The notes beneath the pieces were generated by a model. The model was not told the DNA's origin, made no database searches, and worked only from the letters and a program-made list of their open reading frames with translations. A stretch of 63,556 bases of DNA, counting the filler, from Collodictyon triciliatum (taxonomy: Eukaryota): the NCBI GenBank assembly GCA_043381765.1. It is 6 parts of 6 records of this genome, joined end to end, with 100 filler letters (N's around TTAATTAATTAA, not from the genome) between each part and the next. Parts side by side here need not be neighbours in the genome. Positions count along the whole stretch, not along the records: positions 42,291 to 56,259 come from JBHJMP010001889.1; positions 56,360 to 60,742 come from JBHJMP010002020.1; positions 60,843 to 63,556 come from JBHJMP010002029.1; 3 more parts are not named here. One strand, written 5' to 3'. Of the stretch, positions 43,696 to 63,556 are shown one piece after another; the first letter of the stretch is position 1, and every line of letters begins with the position of its first letter. Both the position numbers and the translations under genes were made by a program.

Positions 43696-44343
43696 AATAG
43701 TAACACCAGCAATGAAAATTCGCACTTTGATACAAAATAGGTATCATTTCATTGAAGTTTGAGCTTCCGTTTTTTTGCTACATGGTTTCTTTGCTTTGCT
43801 CTCACCTTTCAAAAAAAAAAAAGAAAAGGAAAAAAAAAAGAGAAAAGGAAAGAAAAGAAAAAAAGAAAAAAGAAAAAAGAAAAGAGAAAAGAAAAGAAAA
43901 AGAAAAGAGAAAGAGAAAAAGAAAAGGAAAAAAAAAGAGAAAAGGAAAGAAAAGAAAAAAAGAAAAAAGAAAAGAAAAAGAAAAGAAAAAAGAAAAAAAG
44001 AAAAAGAAAAAAAGAAAAAGAAAAAGAAAAAGAAAAAGAAAAAGAAAAAGAAAAAAGAAGCAATAAAGGGAAAAAAAAGCTGCCAACTGTCCATGATAAA
44101 TCTGTGTTGCCTTACGAAAAGTCTATGCCCTTACCGCCATTCCTTTGTCGAGACTTCTTCACACCTCTCTTTTGATCGGTACAAGTTGCAGTCTTTAACG
44201 CCGCAGTTGATTTCTCTCTTCCCTTTCCCCACTTGCAGCCTTAACTTCAATAAAGAAAACAACAGCAACTCCGTTTTGTTTCTCACTTTGTCAGACGGAC
44301 ATCACCGCGCACCACCCTCCCAGGATCTGGTCCTCTCTGAGGA

Positions 44344-53875
<9,532 letters not shown>

Positions 53876-54439
53876 GGGGGGGGGGATATATGGTTTCTTC
53901 TTTTGTCCAAGAAGTGAGATGTATATTCATCGCAGCCACCAAAGAACCCCATATAATGGGCAAATCAAGTTATATGCAAACATGTATACCTTACTTCGTC
54001 TCTGGTAACCATCTGTTTGGTTTTCTAATATCCTGCGTCCATTGTTTGTATTTCAAGCCAAGTAGGCTCATGTAACACACTTCTGTATCATCAAACAAAA
54101 AGTGAAAGAATGGATGCTATTGCAAATGAATCGCCTTCGCCATTTTACGCGTGGCTTTGTAAAGTTCAAATGTAGAACAAGATACCAAACTCAAAATACC
54201 CTGCATTATTTCATATCATGTATCTATATGTCATCCTGCTTCACCAAATAAAAACCACAGGGCACAAAAAAAAAATATGGATATATTATATTAATTTTTT
54301 GAACTTCGTTACTACTTTTTTTTTATTTCGATACTATGTGTTGCTTATTAAAGAAGTAGGAAGAAAGACAAAACCCGTCATTGAATCAAAAAGGATTTTG
54401 TATTTCTTGTGTGTATTCATCAGTGATTCTGTCGCTGTT

Positions 54440-56000
54440 CTACTCTGCCTCTGTGTAATTTTGTGGAAAGACTCCAACAACCCCATCGATTTCGCCCACC
54501 CACCAACCGCACTCATCCTCAATCAAAACGGATATCTTGTCTCCTTCCTTGAATGAAATCTCTCCTTCCTCAGTGCCTGCAAAGGCATAAACTGCGCGAA
54601 CAATTCTGTAGCGAAAAAATGTCAATCCAAATGCATGCGCTTTCGAACGAACAAAACGCTGCCAGAGCGCGATGGAGAAAGGCATCTAGTCCTGAAAATG
54701 GGTGGAGGAACAAGAGTGACCTGAGGGGTTTGCGCTCGCGAAGGTTTCCCATGGACATGCGGGCGCTTCGGTGTCTGGGGTCGGCCAGGGATGAGCGTGC
54801 GGAGTCCGGGTTGGCCTTGGGAAGATGTATCAAACATACTCGTTTGTTGGTGCTCTTATAGTTACTCGTGGGATAGGGTGCACTCGATAACCATACGAAG
54901 CCATACACACCTGGAGCGGATAGCCAGACAGGTCGGATACTTCGGTGTATACCGACTGGTAGCGTGATGGAAGCGGCTCCTCGTGTGCAGTGCTGAAGTT
55001 TTGGTCAGAAAAGTCTATGGTTTTGGGGAAGTTTACGGTCATCCGATTTGCCTCCTGAAGGAGTGAATTGTATCTGCATGAAGAAAAACATATAAAATGA
55101 GAGAGAGAAGAGTGGTTTACTTTTGCAAATCATGTATGATGTATGCCAATTTTTTATATTGTAATTATCATTTATTGTTCCGCTACATAGTCAGACAAAC
55201 AACGGGGAAAAAAAAAACAAGCGATGTTCACCTCTCTACTTCCAGCCTTTCCGGTATAAACATTGGCAGTGACCCAAAAATAGCTGCGCATTCGTCGGTC
55301 GTTTGCTGAGGTTCGGACGAGAATGGAAAGAATGTATTGGGATATGCATGACTTTCTTTTACATCCTTGCAGTCTTCGTGGGATTGAAAAGAAATCATCG
55401 AAATGTGCGATTTCGCCTTTATAATGCATAGCAATTCAAAATAGTTCAGAGAAAAGTTGAATCCGAGTCACTGACCTTTCTGGAGGCTATGAAGGAATTG
55501 AAAACTTGGAGAATCTCAATCAGTCTTCTGTCGTATATCGTTGACACCAAATCTCTGAATTCTCTAGCACTTTTGTCTCTTCGAGAAGTGGCCTCTGTCA
55601 ATTCCTTCTCCATCTAAGAAACATGATAAAGCAGAGGCACGTATAAATGGTTTAAGTTGAAAAAAGAAAATTTAAAGTGGGTGGTGTTCATCTTCCCTTT
55701 GATGTATTCCTGTTATGATAAATAATAAATTGTCAACTAAAGGGGTTCGATAAAAAGATGTGACCACTTGTGCTAGTTTTGGACTTTGCTTCGACCGCAT
55801 TTCTCTGACCTTTTTTTTTTTTTTGATAATTGAAAAAATTAATTTATTGAGAAATAAATAAAAGAATTAAAAGAAAAACCGTTATATAAGGAAAATCGTG
55901 CCATCATATTGAAAAAAATTAGGGAAATAGAGAAGCATCTTGCTTTGTTTTCCAAATGTTCAACCCCCAGAGCCTCTTCAAAATACATCGTACTGATTCC
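54440..56000 (-). CDS. C-terminal SH3-domain protein (helical, possibly BAR-like upstream region), 5' truncated
   Basis: Last exon VRAVYAFAGTEEGEISFKEGD..DECGWWVGE..GVFPQNY. Upstream spliced exons are helical and Pro/Ser-rich. Confidence 0.85.
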
Positions 56001-56359
56001 CTGTAAATATATCAATAAGGAACATCAGTGGAATAAGTTATTCGCAAGAAAAAACCGAAGGAACCATTTGTTGCTATTGATAAAAAAATTCAAATGATAA
56101 AACAAAAAAATGGGACAATTGAAACATAAAAACAAATCTGAATAAATTATATATGTACTTTTATTTTTGTTGTTATTTTTGTTGTTATTTTTGTTGTTAT
56201 TTTTGTTGTTATTTTTGTTGTTATTTTTGTTGTTATTTTTGTTGTTATTTTTGTTGTTANNNNNNNNNNNNNNNNNNNNNNNNNNNNNNNNNNNNNNNNN
56301 NNNTTAATTAATTAANNNNNNNNNNNNNNNNNNNNNNNNNNNNNNNNNNNNNNNNNNNN

Positions 56360-56900
56360 TTCGCTCAAAACCTGAGCGAAACAGCCGGTGAGATTCTTCG
56401 ACTGACACTCAAGACGGCTGCAGCTGTTGGCCCAATCCAGGCGATATTTGGGCCTCTGCAACAGCTGCGTCCAGAGTCAAAAACATTCTGGGCAGTGACG
56501 CGAGGCCATTTGCTATGGACTATGTGGATAGCACGCATATACTCACGCAAAGCAAGACTCAACAACCAGCCACCCATTCCTGATAATAGGCTGGATGACA
56601 TCATACAAATTTCTTTCCTGAACAATTTCCTTCGCCACCTGCAAGTTCTCTACTACTCAACCCTGTGAGAAGAGACATGTAGAAAGAAGCCATGAAAGAG
56701 ATTAAACCTCGCCTTGTCTCTCTCATGGAAGCACAAGACTCGGGCTACAGGCCAAACTGCAGGATGCAATTCCTGATTACCGATTACTTCTCTGCCACCC
56801 GGCCAACAAGTGGCGTCCATGCAAACGATGGCTAGAGAATCAAAGCAAATATATCTCCACCATCCTGCACAAACTGAGAGTAAGATTAAAGAAAAAAAAC
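56360..56900 (+). mobile_element. 3' remnant of an L1/Tx1-like non-LTR retrotransposon ORF2
   Basis: Frame 56363-56668 reads ...AIFG...FWAVTRGHLLWTMWIAR..., resembling the WxIWxxRN C-terminal LINE motif. An A-rich tract follows near 56885-56900. It sits at a scaffold edge. Confidence 0.5.
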
Positions 56901-57301
56901 CAACACTATCTCGAGGATTTTTAACGCCCGACGCGAAGCACGGACGCTTACCCTAGCTATTGGCAGTCGCGATCACTACGGACACTGCTTTTGGCACAGG
57001 AGAACGCTATTCGCACCAAGTGTATGATTTACGACTTACAAACACACCTTTTCTGGAAACGACTCAAATTATCCCAGTTTGGACACGCACCAGACAAACG
57101 AAGCTCGCCCCTTCGATCAAAAAGGAGGCGCAGCGACTCGCAACCGACCGACTCCAACCCCACAGAGCCAACCAAGCACAACAACGATCTTGCCACCCTG
57201 AAAAGAAGAAGAGAAGCCCAGAAAAAGGAGAAAGAAAAAAAAAGAAAACTGAACAACACTCACATTTCTCACTGCGCTCCAATGCAGCCGACACACACAC
57301 G

Positions 57302-58218
57302 ATGGACTTGCCACTGGAGTCCGTGACGTCGCACGTAGGAGAACCCGTCGAGGTGATTCCCCAGCACCAAACAAACACAAGCACAAGCACAAGCGCAAAC
57401 ACAGAGAGAGACCCGCCAGCCGGACAGAAGCGACGGCTGGACGACACGAAGGGCGAGGCGGTCTCTGCCGTCTGGGCGGAGCAGGACGAGGAAAGGCCGG
57501 GCGGGGAGCGGAAGCGCGTTCTTGTGCTGTACTGCGGCGGGACGGTGGGGATGGTGCGGGACGCGGCGAGCGGGGCGTATGTGCCGAGCGGGGCATCGCT
57601 TGGGGCGCGTCTCGGGGCGCTGGCCGAGTTTTCCGACGCGCACATGCCGCGGGTCTTTGTTGCGCACGTGGAGCCGGCGCTGGACTCGTCGGACATGTGG
57701 GCGCCGCACTGGCAGCACGTTGCGCGGGCGGTCGGGCAGCACTACGCGGCGTTCGACGGCTTTGTCGTGCTGCACGGGACAGACACGATGGCGTACACGG
57801 CGTCTGCCTGCTCCTTCAGCCTGGCGGGGCTGGCCAAGCCCGTGGTCTTCACCGGCTCCCAGATTCCGCTCCTCCACCTGCGCTCCGACGCCCGCGCAAA
57901 CCTCATCGACTCGCTCCTTGTCGCCGCACACGCCCGCATCCCCGAGGTCCTGCTCGTCTTCGACCGCCAAATCCTCCGCGCGAACCGCGCCACAAAGACA
58001 AACTCGTGGGGGCTCACCGCCTTCCGCTCCTGCAACCACGCCCGCCTCGGCGTCGGCGGCATCAAGCTTGTCGTCAACTCGCGTCGCATCCGCCCCCATC
58101 CGGCCCCTGACACGCCCTTTGTCTGCAGCCCTGCCTTCCACCCGGACGTCGCCCTCCTGGCCCTCTACCCGGGCGTCCATCTGCATCTGCGCGGGCTGCT
58201 CGGCCTGCCTGACGAGTC
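57302..58218 (+). CDS. ansA: Type I (cytosolic) L-asparaginase, 3' part in gap
   Basis: RVLVLYCGGTVGM, LDSSDM, GFVVLHGTDTMAYTA, KPVVFTGSQIP, SDARANL, RANRATK, AFRS. No introns in the visible part. Very GC-rich. Confidence 0.92.
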
Positions 58219-58942
58219 NNNNNNNNNNNNNNNNNNNNNNNNNNNNNNNNNNNNNNNNNNNNNNNNNNNNNNNNNNNNNNNNNNNNNNNNNNNNNNNNNN
58301 NNNNNNNNNNNNNNNNNNNNNNNNNNNNNNNNNNNNNNNNNNNNNNNNNNNNNNNNNNNNNNNNNNNNNNNNNNNNNNNNNNNNNNNNNNNNNNNNNNNN
58401 NNNNNNNNNNNNNNNNNNNNNNNNNNNNNNNNNNNNNNNNNNNNNNNNNNNNNNNNNNNNNNNNNNNNNNNNNNNNNNNNNNNNNNNNNNNNNNNNNNNN
58501 NNNNNNNNNNNNNNNNNNNNNNNNNNNNNNNNNNNNNNNNNNNNNNNNNNNNNNNNNNNNNNNNNNNNNNNNNNNNNNNNNNNNNNNNNNNNNNNNNNNN
58601 NNNNNNNNNNNNNNNNNNNNNNNNNNNNNNNNNNNNNNNNNNNNNNNNNNNNNNNNNNNNNNNNNNNNNNNNNNNNNNNNNNNNNNNNNNNNNNNNNNNN
58701 NNNNNNNNNNNNNNNNNNNNNNNNNNNNNNNNNNNNNNNNNNNNNNNNNNNNNNNNNNNNNNNNNNNNNNNNNNNNNNNNNNNNNNNNNNNNNNNNNNNN
58801 NNNNNNNNNNNNNNNNNNNNNNNNNNNNNNNNNNNNNNNNNNNNNNNNNNNNNNNNNNNNNNNNNNGCTATAAAGACCATAAGCGAATGCGGAGGAAAAA
58901 TGAAATGAGAAGAGTGTATAGTGGTTTGTTCTCTATTTTGTT

Positions 58943-60624
58943 TTATTTGTGTTTCCCTGGAAGCTTAATTGGTGGACGTGATTGTGACGGTGTGTGATTC
59001 CTTGCCTTGTGGGGAGAATCTAACTGGGATGCGCAGGTGCACAAAGTCTTTGTAAGGAATGTTGGAATCATCCTTTTTGAGGAAAATGCATAAATCCAAA
59101 AGAATCTGTGGTTGTAAATAGAAAGAAATGCAGAGAAAAGAAAACTTTGTAAATGCTTGCCATTCAGATGCAAAACAGAAATTATGGCCGCACGTTTTGT
59201 ATAGATTCCTTTACTATGATTTCTACGGACATGAAATGAGAGCATATCAAACAAAAAGAAATAAGTCACCTCTCCAGTTCCGCGAGTGCCGTCAATTGGT
59301 ATGTGCAGAGGCAGACCGTCATCCCGACTTTGTGGTAATTTCACATTATATTTGTATTCTGTGGATTCTTCGAAATCGGACATAAACATTTCCTCCTCGG
59401 TGGCGCTCTTCGGTTGGTTGGTTGGTTGGTTGGTTGGTTGGTTGGTTGGTTGGTTGGTTGGTTGGTTGGTTTTCAAAAAAATTGGAAACAGAGGAGAAAT
59501 TTACCGAAATTTTTTTAATATACATAATATATTCAAACATAGTGATACAGATTGTGACCCCAAACCAAAAGTTGACTGATGTTTTATCAATCGGTTTTAA
59601 TATTGCAAATAGCGGGTGAGCAAAATGTGTATGATATTTAGACTATATATTCAGTTCAAATTTAAAATCGAGGCTTACCTCTTGGTCAAAAAAATTTGCA
59701 TGAGCCAGATAATGGACGCAGCTCCCTTGACAACCAACTTCAGAAAGAGTGACTTTCTCTGCCAATTGATAACCAAAAGGCACTTTGTAATCAACAGAGA
59801 CAACACTCCTGCCTGCGAGTTAATACGCAAATTATAGTGAAATTGCATTTTTTTTTTGTTTTTGTATTTAGAGTTAGGTTATTCGAATGTGCTTCACGTA
59901 TTTTGAGGCACATACCCAACCGAAGATGAAGAAAAGGGCCGTCTATGACAAACCCGTGTCCTTTTTTTTCATATCTATCCCCTCCAAAAAAAACCACTGT
60001 TCAGCTCAAATAGGATAAAGGGATAAACATTAATCAGGCACGTATTATTTGTATTTTTTGGTTCTAAAATATGATTAGGAACTGCACTATATTCAACAAA
60101 GCATAGTGTTTTAAATCAGATAGTCCCAAGACCTGAATTGGTTGAAATAATCTGTTTCGGAGCATGTTCCGGTCGTAGGCCACCCAAGGTTTCCCAGTTG
60201 CGTAAAACTAATCGACTTGTTCTCTAAAACTATAATTTTTTTAAGCGAAATAGAGTAATTTTATTTATGTGTGCTCTTTTATTTCAAAAGTGAAATAATA
60301 AGCTTACACAGAGATACTTTGTCGAATCCAGAAACAACATCAAGATGAGTTTCAATCGAATCAGATAGTTCGTCGCTAAGTCCAGACTCAATAGTGACGA
60401 ATCCACTAAATTGAATTAAATGAAATTAGTTTCTTCAGAGAAAGAGCAACCTTTTCGACTTAACAGATATTCTGAATAACACTTTTCTTATGAGTGCACC
60501 TTTCTGTTTTCAACCGTATGTCTCCATTTTTGTAAAGCAGATCTCTCGTTCTGCCAGATACATCTTCAAACTTTGCTATAGTTTCGACCGACTTGGATTC
60601 CATCGATATTGTTCTTAAGGAGGC
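58943..60624 (-). CDS. Multi-exon hypothetical protein, 5' truncated
   Basis: Series of open GT-AG-bounded segments (e.g. VDFVTIESGLSDELSDSIETHL, FTQLGNLGWPTTG, SVDYKVPFGYQLAEKV, EEEMFMSDFEES). No recognisable domain. Confidence 0.5.
59412..59471. repeat. (GGTT)n microsatellite
   Basis: Direct reading. Confidence 0.95.
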
Positions 60625-60904
60625 CTTGTAATATTTTTGATGTGAAATTCAGCAAAAAAAAAAAAAAAAAAAAAAAATTATTTATTTTATTTTTTTTTAC
60701 ATTTTATAAAAAAAAAAAAAAAAATTTGGGGAAAAAATAAACNNNNNNNNNNNNNNNNNNNNNNNNNNNNNNNNNNNNNNNNNNNNTTAATTAATTAANN
60801 NNNNNNNNNNNNNNNNNNNNNNNNNNNNNNNNNNNNNNNNNNTTTTTTCTTTTAGTCTTTTTTTCTTTTTTTTTTTTATTTTAAAAAAAAATTTTTTTAA
60901 AAAA

Positions 60905-60945
<41 letters not shown>

Positions 60946-61283
60946 AAAGATAAGTGCAAGAATGAAACGCAGACTAAGAAAGAATTTGCACAAAAGGATA
61001 ATCACAAAGCAACAGAGCCTAATGTCGCGATTAAGCAGCACAGAAGAATAAAAAGAAGAAAAAACGTCCTGGCAGGAAATCCACAGCGAGACATGATACT
61101 GTCTCCATAGCCAAACTCTCCTTCTAATCTGTCGCTGCATACGCACACTCCACCGTCAATAATACATACAAGCAAGGAGGAGGGCAACAAACACATGCAC
61201 TCTCTGGAATTCACATGCCTCCTGCTCTCTGCGATTCTTTTCCTCACCTCCACTTGGACTCGACACAATAGAAAGCCTCCTCC

Positions 61284-63364
61284 TCAAGAAGATGTGGATG
61301 ATGACGAAGGAGACATGTGCACACATCCGGGATGGCTGACGGCTGCGGGCATGGATTGGGGCGATGTGGCGGCCGAGGACGGCGTGGCTGCGATGTTGAG
61401 GCTGGCCACGAACTGTGCAGTTATCTGCGGGTCCAGCTTCGCAACCACAGACGACACAAAGTCGGGGCCCAAGGCAGAAACCAGCCCGGCAAGAACCGTC
61501 GGGTCCATGTTGGCCAGCAGCGAAGTCACCATTGTAGGGTCGATGTTTTCCAGAAGGCCGGACAAGTTTCCCGATAGAAAGCCAGCCAGAAGGCTGGGAG
61601 GCATTTGCAGCATTTGAGGCATTTGAGGCATTTGAGGCATTTGAGGCATTTGAGGCATTTGTGATATTTGAGGCATTTGAGGCATTTGAGGCATTTGAGG
61701 CATTTGTGACATTTGAGGCATTTGAGGCATATGCGATATTTGAGGCATTAGCGGCTCAGGTTGCCGAGCAGAATCACTCCCGCTAGACGACGGAGATACG
61801 GGAATACTCGGGTAGGAATGCCTGATTCTGTGCCCGTTGCGTTCTGGGGGTGGAGGCGGCTCGAAGGACGGCTTCTGTGGCGGGTCCGGGGGCAGCGACA
61901 TGGACGCGTTGAGATTCTGGATCCAGTTTCTGTTGCGCTCAACCCAGACGATGAACTTAACCTGCTGCTGCGGCGACATTGTAGAGCGGATGGCATTGAC
62001 GTGGTCGAGCAGACTAGTGCGCCGCTCAAGCACTTCGGAGCGCAGATCATCCAGAACGTGGATGCACTTTGTCAGGTGTTGGTTGTGGTTGCGGATTGTG
62101 TCCCGAAAGCGCATCAGCTGAATCTGCTGCTCCAGCGTCCAGTCCATCTCGTTGGTCAGCATATTCCATAGTGTCTGCCCGTGGAAGCGGTGCGAGGCCT
62201 CGTAGAACTCGTCGTCCTGGTTCAGCCCCCATAGAATCAGCTTGATCTGCTGCGATGGCACCAGGAGCTCTTTGATCCGGTCCATATGGTGCATCAGCGC
62301 GTGGGAGCCTTTGTTGTACGCAAGGTCGATGAAGCGATGCGTCAACGCAGAATAGTTTGGCTCCGATTCGTCCTGGTGTACATGCGTCTCGATCTCCTGC
62401 GCAAGCATCGCTTGTTCCGACCGCACTTTTTCACACGTGAACCAGTAGCGCTCCTGCAGTTCCTGGATCTGTGCGTAGAGACGCTGCGCTTTCTCTTCCA
62501 GCACATCGACTTTTTCTTTGTTTCGGCGTCTGCATTCTCTGGCAACTTCTCGAGATGTGTCTGCCAGAGGTTTTCTTTGCCCGTTGTTGTCATTAGAAAT
62601 GATTAGTGTTGCTGCTCCTTTCATGCGGTTCAGATATTTTTGATATAAGTATTAATATTGTCAGGATATAATAATGATTTGTTAAGGGAAGGGGAGATTG
62701 AGGCATGGGGCTCTGCAAGTGATGTTGGTATAGTGGTTTCTTACACTTTCGGTGCGATGGGGTTAATTGGCTCTGTGCCGGCGAGTTTTACAGCCTCGAT
62801 TTTGGCCGCGTATTTCGACCGCCGAGTTTTTATTTTTCCTGCATATGATGATGACATCTCTGAATCGAACGCGTGAGAGGATGATGAACGTGTTGATGAA
62901 GGTGACGAATAGACCGGTGCTGCATGTTGGATTATTTCTTGATTAAGCGATCATAGAAACATCAATATCCAAAACGAAACCTTAAAAGAAAAAACTACTC
63001 ATTGAATAATATATTCGCTTCACTATACTTACATGGTGACTTTTCAGTTCGCCAGGTGGGTGATGCGTGGGTTGGAGATATGAATGAAGATGTCGGCATT
63101 TGGGGTGACGTGATTGCAAACGAGTATGAATCGAATGAAAAGCTGTTGGGCTCCGCAAGAGGCAGAGACATATTTTGAAGTGGCGCTGAATGGAGAGTCT
63201 GGCTTGTATGTGGATTTGAGCTGATTGGCTGTTCGTGATGTGGTGGGATATTGCTTTCCAATGGCTCAAAGCTTTGAGTGTGTTGGTGGGTCTGATGATG
63301 AGCCTGCAGTTCAGAGCCCAGAAACGACACTTGGTCAGAGAAACTGAAACCATCACCGTACAAA
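61284..63364 (-). CDS. bZIP-like transcription factor with downstream helical domain and (PQM)n tract, 5' truncated
   Basis: Basic region SREVARECRRRNKEK and zipper VDVLEEKAQRLYAQIQELQ. Helical domain (LWNML..WTLEQ..; MSPQQQVKFIVWVE). Upstream S/P/H-rich exons to 63364. Confidence 0.8.
61612..61749 (-). repeat. Coding 9-bp tandem repeat (ATGCCTCAA)n = (MPQ)n
   Basis: Direct reading. It is in frame within the bZIP ORF. Confidence 0.93.
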
Positions 63365-63556
63365 CTGCATGATGGGAGAAAAAAAGAAAAGAAAAAGAAA
63401 AGAAATAGAAAATAGAAAAAAGAAAAGGAAAAGAAAAGAAAAAGGAAATAAAGGAAAAAAGAAAAAATAGAAAGAAAAAATAGAAAGAAAAAATAGAAAG
63501 AAAAAATAGAAAGAAAAAATAGAAAGAAAAAATAGAAAGAAAAAATAGAAAGAAAA

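Overview
Intron-rich, AT-rich, microsatellite-laden eukaryotic DNA in the standard genetic code, from a flagellated protist-like organism (it carries an outer-dynein-arm docking complex gene). The window is not one contiguous locus. Five identical 100-nt spacers (44 N + TTAATTAATTAA + 44 N) separate six scaffolds of strictly decreasing length (14007, 14004, 13979, 13969, 4383, 2714 nt), so gene neighbourhoods are only meaningful within a segment. Segment A: AMPK/MARK-type kinase, ODA1/CCDC114, GAF-PDE. Segment B: GT37-like fucosyltransferase, a composite Helitron region (three 3' termini, PIF1 helicase pseudogene, two STPR-repeat non-autonomous copies) around a GC-rich desaturase-like gene, and a RUN + Rubicon-homology gene. 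Segment C: first exon of a Cys/Met PLP enzyme, a Roco protein (LRR-ROC-COR-non-RD kinase-SAM-like) with eight 69-nt one-LRR exons, PKA-C, and a SPRY gene with duplicated first exons. Segment D: a small cyclic-nucleotide-binding protein absent from the ORF track, next to an sAC-family STAND cyclase with non-adenine-type residues, and an SH3 gene. Segment E: LINE remnant, GC-rich asparaginase, unknown gene. Segment F: atypical bZIP factor. All exon models were spliced by eye from GT-AG sites and reading frame; no database searches were run.
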